Assembly: GCA_964439835.1 (NCBI GenBank)
Contig: CAYTPQ010000006.1
Span: 30,408 to 94,407, forward strand
Length of the DNA stretch: 64,000 nucleotides
Origin: an uncultured Ectothiorhodospiraceae bacterium
Lineage (GTDB): Bacteria > Pseudomonadota > Gammaproteobacteria > JAABTG01
Direction of reading: 5' to 3'
Within the stretch, counting starts at the first letter, position 1. Each line of letters starts with the position of its first letter. The position numbers were made by a program, and so were the translations under genes. The notes below the pieces were generated by a model. The model was not told the DNA's origin and did not search any database. It was given only the letters and a program-made list of their open reading frames with translations. Below, one piece after another: positions 31,551-42,061 of the stretch.

Positions 31551-33313
31551 CAGTAGACCCGCTCCTTCGGCGGGAACGCCTCGACGGTGAGGGGCTTCAG
31601 GCGCACCGGCTTGTACTCGAGCCGCTGGCCGTCGCGGAAATAGAGCGAGTGCTTGAGCCAGTGAGCGTCGTCTCGCTGTGGGTAGTCGGCCCGCGTGTGC
31701 GCGCCGCGGCTCTCCTGGCGACCCAGGGCCGAGACCACGGTGGCGAGACCGACCTCGACCAGGTTCTCCAGCTCCAGGGCCTCGATCCGCGCGGTGTTGA
31801 AGACCCGGCTGCGGTCCCGTATCTCGGCGTAGGGCAGGCGCTCGACGATGCCCCGCACCCGATCCAGGCCCTCGCGCAGCACTGCCTCGGTGCGGAACAC
31901 CCCGACGTAGCGCTCCATCACCGCCCGCAGCTCCGCCCGCAGGCCGTCGACCGTCTCGTCGCCGCGCCGGGCGTCGACCTCGGCGAGCCGCGCCAGCGCC
32001 CGCTCGGCGGCCTCCTTGTCGAAGGGCCGGTGGCGGCGGTGCTCGGCCAGGTAGCCGACGATGTGGTTGCCCGCCGCACGGCCGAACACGACGATGTCGA
32101 GGAGCGAGTTCCCGCCCAGGCGGTTTGCCCCGTGCACCGAGACGCAGGCGCACTCGCCGACGGCGTAGAGACCTGGCACCGCCTCCTCGGGGCCGGTGCG
32201 CGCCGGCACGACCACCTGGCCGTCGCGGTTGGTCGGGATCCCGCCCATGGTGTAGTGCAGGGTCGGGTAGACGGGGATCGGCTCGCGGGCCGGATCGACC
32301 CCGGCGAAGGTGATGGCGAGCTCGCGGATGCCCGGCAGGCGCCGGGCGACCACTTCCTCGCCCAGGTGGTCCACCCGCAGGAGCGCGTGGTCGCCGTTCG
32401 GGCCGCAGCCGCGGCCCTCCTGGACCTCTGTCGCGATGGCCCGCGCGACTACGTCGCGGCTCGCCAGGTCGCGTGCGTGGGGGGCATAGCGGGCCATGAA
32501 GCGCTCGCCGTCCCGGTTCACCAGATAGCCGCCCTCCCCGCGCACGCCCTCGCTGATCAGCACGCCCTTGCCGGCGATCCCGGTCGGGTGGAACTGGTGG
32601 AACTCCATGTCCTCCAGCGGGATCCCCGCGCGCAGGGCCATCGCCAGGCCGTCGCCGGTGTTGATCACGGCGTTGGTCGAGGTGCGGTAGAGCTGGCCAG
32701 GGCCGCCGGTGGCGAGCAGCGTGGTCTTCGCCTCGATCACCAGGGGCTCGCCGGTCGCGATGTCCAGCACCAGCGCGCCGAGCACGTAGCCCTCGCGGTC
32801 GGTCAGCAGGTCGACCGCGAAGAACTCGTCGAAGAAGTGGGTCCGCGCCCTCAGGTTCTGCTGGTAGAGGGCGTGGAGCATGGCGTGCCCGGTGCGGTCG
32901 GCCGCCGCACAGGTGCGCGCGGCCTGCTCGCCGCCGAAGTGCTGGCTCTGGCCGCCGAACGGGCGCTGGTAGATCTTGCCGTCGGGCAGGCGACTGAACG
33001 GCACGCCGAAGTGCTCGAGCTCGATCACCAGCCGCGCCGCGGCTCGGCACATGTACTCGATGGCGTCCTGGTCGCCCAGGTAGTCGCTGCCCTTGACGGT
33101 GTCGAACATGTGCCAGTGCCAGCTGTCGGCCGACACGTTGGCGAGCGCGGCGTTGATGCCGCCCTGGGCGGCAACCGTGTGGGAGCGGGTCGGAAAGACC
33201 TTGGAGACCACGGCCACGGTCGCCTCGGCCCGGGCCAGCTGCAACGCGGCGCGCAGCCCCCCGCCCCCGGCCCCGATCACCAGGCTGTCGAAGCGCCGGC
33301 GCTCGACGCTCAC
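31550..33313 (-). CDS. sdhA: Succinate dehydrogenase flavoprotein subunit
   Basis: GTG start at MSVERRRFDSLVIGAGGGGLRAAL, 587 aa, with the covalent-FAD motif RSHTVAAQGG. Confidence 0.9.
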   Translation of the reverse strand: MSVERRRFDSLVIGAGGGGLRAALQLARAEATVAVVSKVFPTRSHTVAAQGGINAALANVSADSWHWHMFDTVKGSDYLGDQDAIEYMCRAAARLVIELEHFGVPFSRLPDGKIYQRPFGGQSQHFGGEQAARTCAAADRTGHAMLHALYQQNLRARTHFFDEFFAVDLLTDREGYVLGALVLDIATGEPLVIEAKTTLLATGGPGQLYRTSTNAVINTGDGLAMALRAGIPLEDMEFHQFHPTGIAGKGVLISEGVRGEGGYLVNRDGERFMARYAPHARDLASRDVVARAIATEVQEGRGCGPNGDHALLRVDHLGEEVVARRLPGIRELAITFAGVDPAREPIPVYPTLHYTMGGIPTNRDGQVVVPARTGPEEAVPGLYAVGECACVSVHGANRLGGNSLLDIVVFGRAAGNHIVGYLAEHRRHRPFDKEAAERALARLAEVDARRGDETVDGLRAELRAVMERYVGVFRTEAVLREGLDRVRGIVERLPYAEIRDRSRVFNTARIEALELENLVEVGLATVVSALGRQESRGAHTRADYPQRDDAHWLKHSLYFRDGQRLEYKPVRLKPLTVEAFPPKERVY

Positions 33314-33648
33314 GCCCCGCCCCCGAAGAGCACCCGCAGCGCCCAGAGACCCTGGGCGGCCAGCGCCAGCGCGAGCAGGGCGAGGACCCCCAGGCGAACC
33401 CCCGCCTGGCGGACGTAGTCGAGGACCACGTCGCGCACCCCGACCCAGGCGTGGAGCAGCAGCGCGCCGAAGAACAGGGCCGTGGCGACCGACATCACCG
33501 GCCCGCGGACCCAGGCGGACCAATCGGCCAGGGTCTCGGGGGGTACGAGCGCCAGCCGCCCGCCGACGTACCCGCTGAAGCCCGCCAAGTAGACCGCCGT
33601 CACCCGCTGGAGAAGCCAGGGTCGCAACCCGCCGAGCACAGACTTCAC
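33310..33648 (-). CDS. sdhD: Succinate dehydrogenase hydrophobic membrane anchor subunit
   Basis: 112-aa product with three TM helices. It overlaps sdhA and sdhC in the usual sdhCDAB order. Confidence 0.8.
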   Translation of the reverse strand: MKSVLGGLRPWLLQRVTAVYLAGFSGYVGGRLALVPPETLADWSAWVRGPVMSVATALFFGALLLHAWVGVRDVVLDYVRQAGVRLGVLALLALALAAQGLWALRVLFGGGA

Positions 33649-34040
33649 AGGACCACCCCGATGGCCACCAGAGCGCCGGCCGCGAGCACCAGCCAGGCAC
33701 TGGCCCGGGCCTCTGGCCGGGCCTCTCCGAGGCCCAGGTCCAGGGCCAGGTGCCGCAGGCCCGCCAGCAGGTGGTAGGCGAGAGCCCAGGCCGGGACCAG
33801 GAGCAGCAGCCGGCCCGGCCAGCCGGCGACCGGGTGTACCAGGTTACCGAACGCCTGCGGGTGGTGCAGGGAGAGATCCAGCAGGTAGATGAGGACCGGG
33901 GTGGCCAGCACCAGCAGAAGGCCGCTCACCCGGTGGGCGATTGAGGCCGCCGCGGTCACCGGCAACCGGATCTGGAGGAGGTTTAGGAAGCGGGGGCGGG
34001 CCGCACCCCCTTCGCGCGCCGCGAGTCGCATGCTGGGCAA
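33645..34040 (-). CDS. sdhC: Succinate dehydrogenase cytochrome b556 subunit
   Basis: 131-aa product with the RPxNL...SIxHRxSG heme-ligand motif (SIAHRVSG). Confidence 0.8.
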   Translation of the reverse strand: MPSMRLAAREGGAARPRFLNLLQIRLPVTAAASIAHRVSGLLLVLATPVLIYLLDLSLHHPQAFGNLVHPVAGWPGRLLLLVPAWALAYHLLAGLRHLALDLGLGEARPEARASAWLVLAAGALVAIGVVL

Positions 34041-34227
34041 GTCTAGCGACCCCGCTCGGGGAGTCCAGGGGGCGCGAGGAACCGGCTCTCGACCCTCCTG
34101 ACCGGCTGCGGATGGGTGCTACCATTCCCGCGCCCGGCGGACCCCATCCCCCGGAGCGGGCGGCCCGGCCTGGTCTCCCCGGCACGGCTGCCCTGAGTCC
34201 TGACCATCGTAACCCGGAGCTGGCAAG

Positions 34228-35260
34228 CGTGAGCGAGTGGCGAGAATTCCTGCGGGCCCGCGGGGCACGCTTTGACGGCGAGACGATCGCGGACTTCGGC
34301 GACCCGGAGGGTGAGCGGCGCGCGGCAGCCGCGGGCGATGTCCTCGCCGACCGCGGGCACCTGGGGTTGATTCGGGTGGCGGGCGCCGACGCCGCGGCAT
34401 TGCTGCAGGGACAGCAGACCAACGACGTGCGCGAGGTCACCGCCGAACACAGCCAGCTGAGCGGGCTCTGCAGCAACAAGGGCCGTTTGGTGGCCACCTA
34501 CCAGCTGGTCCTGCGTGACGAGGCCTTCCTGCTGGTGCTCCCGCGCGACCAGGTGGCGGGCGTCGTCGAGCGCCTGCGCCGCTACGTCCTGCGCTCGAAG
34601 GCCAAGGTGAGCGAGGCGACCGGCGAGCTCGCGCTCCTGGCCTTCCAGGGCGGCGTCGCCTCGGTTCGGGCGGCGGGCCTGCTGGGCGATCTGCCGGCGG
34701 AGAGCGACGCGGTCCGCCACGCCGGCGGCCTGACGGTGGTGCGCCTGCGCGGGCTCGCCCCCCGCTATCTGGTGATAGCCACCCCGGTCGAGGCCCAGCG
34801 CCTCTGGACCCACCTGGAGCCGGCCGCCCGGCCGGTCGGCCGGGCGGCCTGGGACCTGACCGAGATCTACGCCGGCGTGCCGACCGTCTACCCCGCCACC
34901 GCGGACGCCTTCGTCCCCCAGATGGTCAACTTCCAGGCGGTCGGCGGCGTGAGCTTTAGCAAGGGCTGCTACACGGGCCAGGAGGTCGTCGCCCGCACCC
35001 AGTACTTGGGCAAGCTCAAGCGCCACATGTATCGGGCCCACGTCCAGGCGGACGCGCGCCCGGAGCCGGGCACCGATCTGTATTCGCCCTCCGACCCGAA
35101 CGGTCAAAGCGTGGGCAAGGTGGTCGAGGCCGAGGCCGCCCCCGACGGCGGCTACGCCCTGCTCGCCGTGATCCAGAACGAGGCCGCCCAGGCGCCGGTG
35201 CACCTGGGCGGACCGGAGGGCCCGCTGCTCACCCTCCAGGACCTGCCGTACGCCGTCTAG
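34228..35260 (+). CDS. ygfZ: Folate-binding Fe-S cluster repair/tRNA modification protein YgfZ
   Basis: GTG start with a GGAG ribosome-binding site. It has the C-terminal KGCYTGQE motif and a GcvT-like fold. Confidence 0.75.
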
Positions 35261-35264
35261 GCCG

Positions 35265-36299
35265 ATGGCGCGCCGCCTGCCCGCCGAGTGGGAGCCCCAG
35301 GGCGGCGTGCTCCTGACCTGGCCCCACGCGGCCAGCGACTGGGCACCCCGGCTTGCCGAGGTCGACGACACCTACGCCGCGCTCGCCGCGGCGATCGCCC
35401 GCTACGAGCCGGTGCGGATCGTCTGCGCCGACGAGGACCAGGCGTCCCGGGTCGCCACCCGTCTGGCCCTCGCCGGGGTCGACCCCGGCCGGACGCGGCT
35501 CAGCGTGGTGCCGAGCAACGACACCTGGATCCGGGACTACGGCCCGATCACCGTGATCGAAGACGGAAGGCCGCTGCTGCTCGACTTCACCTTCGACGGC
35601 TGGGGCGGGAAGTTTGGGTCGCGCCTGGACGACGCGGTCACCCGGCAGCTGCACCAGCAGGGGGCGTTCGGCGACGTCGCGCTCGCCACCACCGGGGTGG
35701 TCCTGGAGGGCGGCGGGATCGAGTGCGACGGCGCCGGCACGCTGCTCACCACCCGACGCTGCCTGCTGGCCCGCGCCGGTCACGATGCCTCCACGCCGGA
35801 GGTCGAGGCCGAGCTCCACGCCCTGCTCGGGGTCGAGCGCGTGCTGTGGCTCGCCCACGGCGGGCTGCAGGGCGACGACACCGACGGCCACGTGGACACC
35901 CTGGCGCGCTTCTGCGACCGGCAGACCATCGCCTACGTGCGCTGCGAGGACCGGGACGACCCGCACTTCGCCGACCTGGCCGCCATGGAGGCCGAGCTCC
36001 GGGCGTTTCGCCGGGCCGACGGCGCGCCCTACCGGCTGGTGCCCCTGCCGTGGCCCGGCGCGAAACACGACCCGGAGGGGGAGCGGCTGCCGGCGACCTA
36101 CGCCAATTTTCTGATCGCGAACGGCGCGGTCCTGGTGCCGACCTACGACGACCCGGCCGACCGGGAGGCCATCGACCGGCTGGCCGCCTGCTTCCCCGGG
36201 CGCGAGGCGGTCGGGGTGCCCTGCCTCCCCCTCATCGCCCAGCACGGCAGCCTGCACTGCGCCACCATGCAGGTGCCGCCGGGGGCCTGGCCCGCGTGA
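35265..36299 (+). CDS. aguA: Agmatine deiminase
   Basis: 344-aa product of the PAD_porph family, with a C-terminal catalytic Cys (GSLHCATMQVP). Confidence 0.8.
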   Translation: MARRLPAEWEPQGGVLLTWPHAASDWAPRLAEVDDTYAALAAAIARYEPVRIVCADEDQASRVATRLALAGVDPGRTRLSVVPSNDTWIRDYGPITVIEDGRPLLLDFTFDGWGGKFGSRLDDAVTRQLHQQGAFGDVALATTGVVLEGGGIECDGAGTLLTTRRCLLARAGHDASTPEVEAELHALLGVERVLWLAHGGLQGDDTDGHVDTLARFCDRQTIAYVRCEDRDDPHFADLAAMEAELRAFRRADGAPYRLVPLPWPGAKHDPEGERLPATYANFLIANGAVLVPTYDDPADREAIDRLAACFPGREAVGVPCLPLIAQHGSLHCATMQVPPGAWPA

Positions 36300-37201
36300 G
36301 CCGGACGCTGACCCTGGGTCTGGTGCAGCACGCCTGCGGCGAGGACGCGGCCGAGAACCTGGCCCGCTGCGTCGACGGGGTCCGCGAGGCCGCGCGCCGC
36401 GGCGCCGGGCTGGTGCTCACCCAGGAGCTGTTCCGCACCCGGTACTTCTGCCAGCGGGAGGATACCTCCGCCTTCGACCTGGCCGAGCCCATCCCGGGAC
36501 CGACCACGGACGTCCTGGCCGCGCTCGCGGCTGAGCTCGGCGTGGTCGTCGTCGCCTCGCTGTTCGAGCGCCGGGCCCCCGGTCTCTACCACAACTCGGC
36601 CGTGGTCCTGGACCGAGACCGCGGGCTGGTCGGGCGCTACCGCAAGATGCACATCCCGGACGACCCGGGCTACTACGAGAAGTACTACTTCGCCCCCGGC
36701 GATCTCGGCTTCGCCCCCGTCGACACCTCGGTCGGCCGGCTGGGGGTGCTGGTGTGCTGGGACCAGTGGTACCCGGAGGCGGCCCGGCTGATGGCGCTGG
36801 CGGGGGCCGAGGTCCTGCTCTACCCCACGGCCATCGGCTGGGACCCGGGCGACCCGCCCGAAGAGCAGGCCCGCCAGGCGGACGCCTGGCGCACCGTCCA
36901 GCGGGCCCACGCCATTGCCAACGGCCTACCGGTCGCCGCCTGCAACCGCATCGGCTTCGAGCCGGCCCCCGACCAGCCCGGCCACGGGCAGCGTTTCTGG
37001 GGCGGTAGCTTCGTCTGTGGGCCCCAGGGCGAGGTCCTGGTCGAGGCGCCGCACGAGGAGCCGGCCGTGCTCCTTTGCCCGCTGGACCTCGACCGCACGG
37101 AGCAGGTGCGACGCGTGTGGCCGTTCCTGCGCGACCGGCGCGTCGACGCCTACGCGGGGCTCACGCGCCGGTACCTGGACGCCGGCGCTGCGGAACGATG
37201 A
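36296..37201 (+). CDS. aguB: N-carbamoylputrescine amidase
   Basis: GTG start overlapping the aguA stop (GTGA). It is a CN-hydrolase with a catalytic Cys in VLVCWDQWYPE. Confidence 0.8.
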   Translation: MSRTLTLGLVQHACGEDAAENLARCVDGVREAARRGAGLVLTQELFRTRYFCQREDTSAFDLAEPIPGPTTDVLAALAAELGVVVVASLFERRAPGLYHNSAVVLDRDRGLVGRYRKMHIPDDPGYYEKYYFAPGDLGFAPVDTSVGRLGVLVCWDQWYPEAARLMALAGAEVLLYPTAIGWDPGDPPEEQARQADAWRTVQRAHAIANGLPVAACNRIGFEPAPDQPGHGQRFWGGSFVCGPQGEVLVEAPHEEPAVLLCPLDLDRTEQVRRVWPFLRDRRVDAYAGLTRRYLDAGAAER

Positions 37202-37300
37202 ACCACGAAGGACACGAAGCATCCGATTAGCGTCCGCCTCGCGACGCAGTCGCAGGCCGCGAGGCCCTTTGCGCACAGCCCCTGGCACCCGACCGATCCC

Positions 37301-38401
37301 GTGACGAGCGATCCATTCCAGCCCGCCTGGTGGCTGCCCTCGCCGCACCTGCAGACCCTGTGGGCGTCGGCGGTCCGGCGCCGGTTGCGCGTCGCGCTGC
37401 GGCGCGAGCGGGTGGAGCTCCCGGACGGCGACTTCCTCGATCTGGATTGGGTCGCTCCCGCAGCCGGACCGGCGGACAGCCGGGGGGAAGGCTTCGCGCC
37501 GGAGGACTCGGGCTCGCCCGGCGTCCGGGGCGGCGCCGGGCAGACCCGCCCCGGCGAGGGGGCGCCGATCGTGCTGGTGCTGCACGGCCTCGAGGGCTCG
37601 TCGGACTCCCACTACGCCCGCGGGCTCCTGGCGGCGGTCCGGGACCGTGGCTGGATCGGCGTCCTTATGCACTTCCGGGGCTGCAGCGGCGAGCCGAACC
37701 GGTTGCCGCGCAGCTACCACTCGGGCGAGACGGGGGACACCGCCCACGTGGTCGCCCTGCTCCGGGAGCGGCTGCCCGGCCGGCCGCTGGCGGTCGTCGG
37801 CTACTCCCTCGGCGGCAACGTGCTCTTGAAGTGGCTCGGCGAGACGGGCGGCGCGGCGCCGGTGGACTGTGCCGTGGCCGTCTCCGTCCCGTTCGAGCTG
37901 TCGGCCGCGGCCGACCGCCTGGAGCGCGGCTTCTCGCGCTTCTACCAGTGGTGGCTGCTGCGCAGCCTGGCCGACGCCCTGCAGGAGAAGGTCGCCCGCA
38001 GCATTCTCCCTCGCGCCTTCGCCGGCCACGCCAGGTCGCGCACCTTCCGCGCGTTCGACGACGCGGTCACCGCGCCGCTCCACGGCTTCGCCGGCGTCGA
38101 CGACTACTACGCGCGCTCCAGCAGCCGCCAGTACCTCGGCGGGATCGCCGTGCCGACCCTGATCCTGCACGCCCTCGACGACCCCTTCCTGGTCCCGCGT
38201 GCGGTCCCGGCACCGAGCGAGGTCCCGCCCGCCGTAAGCCTGGAGGTCTACCCGCGGGGCGGCCACGTCGGCTTCGTCGCCGGCCCCTGGCCCTGGCGGG
38301 CCGAGTACTGGCTCGAGCGCCGGATCCCGGCCTTCGTTGCGGAGCGGACCCGTTCCTCAGAAGCCAGTCTCGCTGATCGGCCTCCGGGGAGGCATCAATG
38401 A
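37301..38401 (+). CDS. Alpha/beta-fold hydrolase (YheT/UPF0017 type)
   Basis: GYSLGGNV nucleophile-elbow motif, 366 aa. Confidence 0.7.
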   Translation: MTSDPFQPAWWLPSPHLQTLWASAVRRRLRVALRRERVELPDGDFLDLDWVAPAAGPADSRGEGFAPEDSGSPGVRGGAGQTRPGEGAPIVLVLHGLEGSSDSHYARGLLAAVRDRGWIGVLMHFRGCSGEPNRLPRSYHSGETGDTAHVVALLRERLPGRPLAVVGYSLGGNVLLKWLGETGGAAPVDCAVAVSVPFELSAAADRLERGFSRFYQWWLLRSLADALQEKVARSILPRAFAGHARSRTFRAFDDAVTAPLHGFAGVDDYYARSSSRQYLGGIAVPTLILHALDDPFLVPRAVPAPSEVPPAVSLEVYPRGGHVGFVAGPWPWRAEYWLERRIPAFVAERTRSSEASLADRPPGRHQ

Positions 38402-38564
38402 CCGTGTGCAACCGCGGCTGGGGGACGACCGCCGACGATCGACCTTCCGATCGCGGCCTTGGGGTCGCCCACCCCTTCCGAAGGTCGAGGAATCGACCGC
38501 TCAGCTCGCAGACTTGCGGCGCCTTGCGCTAGCGCCAAGACAACACCTTCTGGAGACGAATGAA

Positions 38565-41500
38565 TTGACCAGCCAGTTCGCCCTGCTCGCCTCCCGGCGC
38601 TTCCTGCCCCTGTTCGTGACCCAGTTCCTGGGCGCGCTCAACGACAACCTGCTGAAGAGCGCCCTGGTGATGCTGGTCACCTACCGGGTCTCCGACCAGA
38701 CCGGGCTGAGCCCCGAGGTGCTGGTGGCGGTAGCGGGCGGCGTGCTGATCGCCCCCTTCTTCCTATTCTCCGCCACCGCCGGCCAGATCGCGGACCGCTT
38801 CGACAAATCGCGGGTGATCCGGCAGATCAAGCTGGCCGAGATCGCCATCATGCTGGTCGCGGCGGCGGGGCTCGCCCTCGGCAGCGTGCCGGTGCTGATG
38901 GCGGCGCTGTTCCTGACCGGCACCCAGTCCGCGTTTTTCGGCCCCCTCAAGTACGGCATCCTGCCGGACCACCTGCCCGAGTCGGATCTGCTCGGCGCCA
39001 ACGCCCTGGTCGAGGCGGGGACCTTCCTGGCCATCCTGCTGGGGACACTCGTCGGCGGCCTCCTGATCCTGGCCGAGGGCGGACCGGGGTGGGTCTCGGC
39101 GCTGCTGGTGGCCGGGTCGCTCGCCGGCTGGGCCGCGAGCCTGGCCATCCCGAGCACCGCCGCCGCGGCCCCCGACCTGCGGATCAGCCCGCGGGTGCTG
39201 CGGGAGACCTGGTCGATCCTGGCCTACAGCGCCCGGGACCGCAGCATCTTCCTGATCATCCTTGGGATCTCCTGGTACTGGCTGGTCGGCGCGACGGTCC
39301 TGTCCCAGGTCCCGCCGCTCGCCAAGGACGTCCTGGGCGCCGACCAGGGCGTGGTGACCCTGTTCCTGACCCTGTTCTCCCTCGGCGTCGGCGCCGGGTC
39401 GCTGCTCTGCAACCGGCTCCTGAAGGGCGCGGTGCACGCGACCTACGTGCCGCTCGGGGCCGTCGGCGTGTCGCTCTTCTCCCTCGACCTGTTCCTCGCC
39501 ACCCGCGGCCTCGCCGCGCCCACCGCCGGCTCGCTGATCGGCGTGGAGGCCTTCCTCACCACCGGGCAGGGCTGGCGGATCACCGTCGACCTCCTGGGCA
39601 TGGCGATGGCCGGGGGGCTCTTTATCGTCCCGCTCTACGCCCTGCTCCAGCGCCGCAGCGCCGCGAGCCACCGGGCCCGCAACGTCGCCGCCAACAACGT
39701 GGTGAACGCCCTGTTCATGGTGGTCTCGGCCGTGGCCACGGCCGCGCTCCTCGACGCCGGGCTCGGCTCACCCCAGATCTTCCTGGTCCTGGCCCTCGGC
39801 AACGCGGTGGTCGCTGTCTACATCGTCCGCCTGCTCCCCGGGGCGCTCGCCCGGGGGATCCTGGCCTGGCTCCTGGACCTGCTGTACCGGGTCGAGGTCC
39901 GGGGCATCGAGCACTACGAGCGGGCGGGCGAGCGGGTGGTGCTGGTCGCGAACCACCAGTCCTTCCTCGACGCGGCGCTGATCGCGGCCTACGTGCCGGA
40001 CCGGCTGACCTTCGCCATCAACACCCACATCGCGCAGCACCGGCTGGTCAGGTTCTTCCTGTCTCTGGCCAAGACCTATCCCCTCGACCCCACCAACCCG
40101 CTCCAGGTGCGCGGGCTGATTGAGGCGAGCCGCAGCGGCGAGCGGGTGGTGATCTTCCCCGAGGGCCGGATCACGGTGACCGGGGCCCTGATGAAGGTCT
40201 ACGAGGGCCCCGGCATGGTGGCCGACAAGGCCGGCGCGGCGCTGCTGCCGGTGCGGATCGAGGGGGCCCAGTACAGCCCGTTCTCGCGCCTGAAGGGCCG
40301 GGTCCGCACCCGCTGGTTCCCGAAGATCACGCTGCAGTTCCTGGAGCCGCGCCGGTTCGCGGTCCCCGAGGGGGTCGCCGGGCGCCGGCGCCGGCAGTAC
40401 GTCGGCCGCCAGCTCTACGACGTGATGACGGCGATGGTGTTCGAGAGCAGCCCGATCCACCAGACCCTGTTCCAGAGCCTGCTGGACGCCGCAAAGACCC
40501 ACGGCCGGCACCACCCGGTGCTGGAGGACGTGGAGCGCCGGCCCCTCGACTACGGGCGCCTCGTCACCGGCGCCTTCGTCTTCGGCCGCGCGATCGCGCG
40601 CGAGGGCACGTCCGCGCCGGTGGTCGGGCTGTTGCTGCCGAACGCAGTGGCCACGGCCGTCACGTTCTTTGCGCTGCAGGCCCGGGGCCGCGTGCCGGCG
40701 ATGCTCAACTACTCGGCCGGCAGCCGCAACGTCGTGTCCGCCTGCCAGGCCGCCGAGGTGCGGCGGGTCTACACTTCACGCCGCTTTCTGGAGCTGGGCC
40801 GGCTGGGGGACCTGGCCGAGGCCCTGGGCGCCGCCGGGATCGAGGTGGCGTACCTGGAGGACCTGCGCGCCGGGGTCACGCCGGCCGACAAGCTGCTTGG
40901 CGTCGTGGCCGGTCGCGTGCCGGCCCTGGCCTACCGCCTCCTGGGCGGGGCCCGCGACGCGGCGGCCCCGGCGGCCATCCTGTTCACCTCCGGCAGCGAG
41001 GGCACGCCCAAGGGGGTCGCGCTCTCCCACGCCAACCTGCAGGCCAACCGCTTCCAGGTCGCGGCCCGGATCGACTTCGGGCCGACCGACGTCGTCTTCA
41101 ACGCCCTGCCGGTGTTCCACTCCTTCGGCCTGACCTGTGGCACCCTCCTGCCCCTGCTCTCGGGGGTGAAGGTCTTCTTCTACCCCTCACCGCTGCACTA
41201 CCGGATCGTGCCCGAGCTGGCCTACGACACCAACGCCACCATCCTCTTCGGCACCGACACCTTCCTCACCGGCTACGCCCGCTTCGCCCACCCCTACGAC
41301 TTCTACAGCCTGCGCTACGCCTTCGCCGGCGCCGAGCGCCTGCGCGAGGAGACCCGCAAGGCCTGGAGCGAGCGCTTCGGGGTGCGGGTGCTGGAGGGCT
41401 ACGGCGCCACCGAGACCTCGCCGGTCCTGTGCATCAACACCCCGATGGAGAACCGCCCCGGCACCGTCGGGCGCATCGTGCCGGGTGTGCGCCACCGCCT

Positions 41501-41996
41501 GGAGCCGGTGCCGGGGGTCGAGGGCGCCGGGCGCCTCGTCGTGGCCGGGCCGAACGTCATGCTCGGCTACCTGAAGGCGGACCGGCCGGGCGTGCTGCAG
41601 CCCCCGGAGGGCGGCGAGTACGACACCGGCGACGTGGTGCGGGTGGACGCCGAGGGCTACGTGACCCTGGTCGGACGGCTCAAGCGCTTCGCCAAGGTCG
41701 GCGGCGAGATGGTCTCCCTCGGCGCGGTCGAGGAGCACGCGGCGCGGCTCTGGCCCGAGACGGCCCACGCCGCCGTCGCCCTAGAAGACCCTCGGCGCGG
41801 CGAGCAGGTGGTGCTCGTCACGACATGCGCCGACGCGTCCCGCGAGGCCCTGGCCGCCTTCTGGCAGCGCGAGGGCATCGCCGAGGTCGCCCTGCCCCGC
41901 TCGATCCTGGTGGTCGACGCGATCCCGCTGCTCGGCACCGGAAAGACGGACTACGTCGCCGTCGGGGCCCTGGCGAGAGCGCGGCGGGGTTCGTGA
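38565..41996 (+). CDS. aas: Tri-domain MFS lysophospholipid transporter (LplT-like) / 2-acyl-GPE acyltransferase / acyl-ACP synthetase (Aas) fusion
   Basis: TTG start with a GGAGA ribosome-binding site, 1143 aa. The N-terminus is a 12-TM MFS domain. The middle is a PlsC-type acyltransferase (NHQSFLDAAL, FPEGR). The C-terminus is an AMP-binding domain (TSGSEGTPKGV, GYGATE). Confidence 0.8.
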   Translation: MTSQFALLASRRFLPLFVTQFLGALNDNLLKSALVMLVTYRVSDQTGLSPEVLVAVAGGVLIAPFFLFSATAGQIADRFDKSRVIRQIKLAEIAIMLVAAAGLALGSVPVLMAALFLTGTQSAFFGPLKYGILPDHLPESDLLGANALVEAGTFLAILLGTLVGGLLILAEGGPGWVSALLVAGSLAGWAASLAIPSTAAAAPDLRISPRVLRETWSILAYSARDRSIFLIILGISWYWLVGATVLSQVPPLAKDVLGADQGVVTLFLTLFSLGVGAGSLLCNRLLKGAVHATYVPLGAVGVSLFSLDLFLATRGLAAPTAGSLIGVEAFLTTGQGWRITVDLLGMAMAGGLFIVPLYALLQRRSAASHRARNVAANNVVNALFMVVSAVATAALLDAGLGSPQIFLVLALGNAVVAVYIVRLLPGALARGILAWLLDLLYRVEVRGIEHYERAGERVVLVANHQSFLDAALIAAYVPDRLTFAINTHIAQHRLVRFFLSLAKTYPLDPTNPLQVRGLIEASRSGERVVIFPEGRITVTGALMKVYEGPGMVADKAGAALLPVRIEGAQYSPFSRLKGRVRTRWFPKITLQFLEPRRFAVPEGVAGRRRRQYVGRQLYDVMTAMVFESSPIHQTLFQSLLDAAKTHGRHHPVLEDVERRPLDYGRLVTGAFVFGRAIAREGTSAPVVGLLLPNAVATAVTFFALQARGRVPAMLNYSAGSRNVVSACQAAEVRRVYTSRRFLELGRLGDLAEALGAAGIEVAYLEDLRAGVTPADKLLGVVAGRVPALAYRLLGGARDAAAPAAILFTSGSEGTPKGVALSHANLQANRFQVAARIDFGPTDVVFNALPVFHSFGLTCGTLLPLLSGVKVFFYPSPLHYRIVPELAYDTNATILFGTDTFLTGYARFAHPYDFYSLRYAFAGAERLREETRKAWSERFGVRVLEGYGATETSPVLCINTPMENRPGTVGRIVPGVRHRLEPVPGVEGAGRLVVAGPNVMLGYLKADRPGVLQPPEGGEYDTGDVVRVDAEGYVTLVGRLKRFAKVGGEMVSLGAVEEHAARLWPETAHAAVALEDPRRGEQVVLVTTCADASREALAAFWQREGIAEVALPRSILVVDAIPLLGTGKTDYVAVGALARARRGS

Positions 41997-42061
41997 TCAC
42001 GCGTCCGGCATTTATCCATCACGTAATCGCCGTACGGACTGGGACAGCGGTTCTACACACC

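Noticed and set aside
31551-33050. Upstream 500 aa of the 731-aa ORF that ends as sdhB
   Set aside because: Only the C-terminal 231 aa (from MRFSIYRY) is SdhB. The upstream part overlaps sdhA out of frame and is Arg/Gly-rich.
35288-36295. 5' two-thirds of the 637-aa plus-strand ORF
   Set aside because: It overlaps aguA in another frame. Only the portion from the GTG at 36296 (aguB) shows homology.
38337-38564. N-terminal extension of the aas fusion ORF overlapping the hydrolase gene
   Set aside because: MFS homology starts at TSQFALLASRRF. The upstream stretch is Arg-rich and overlaps the hydrolase 3' end.
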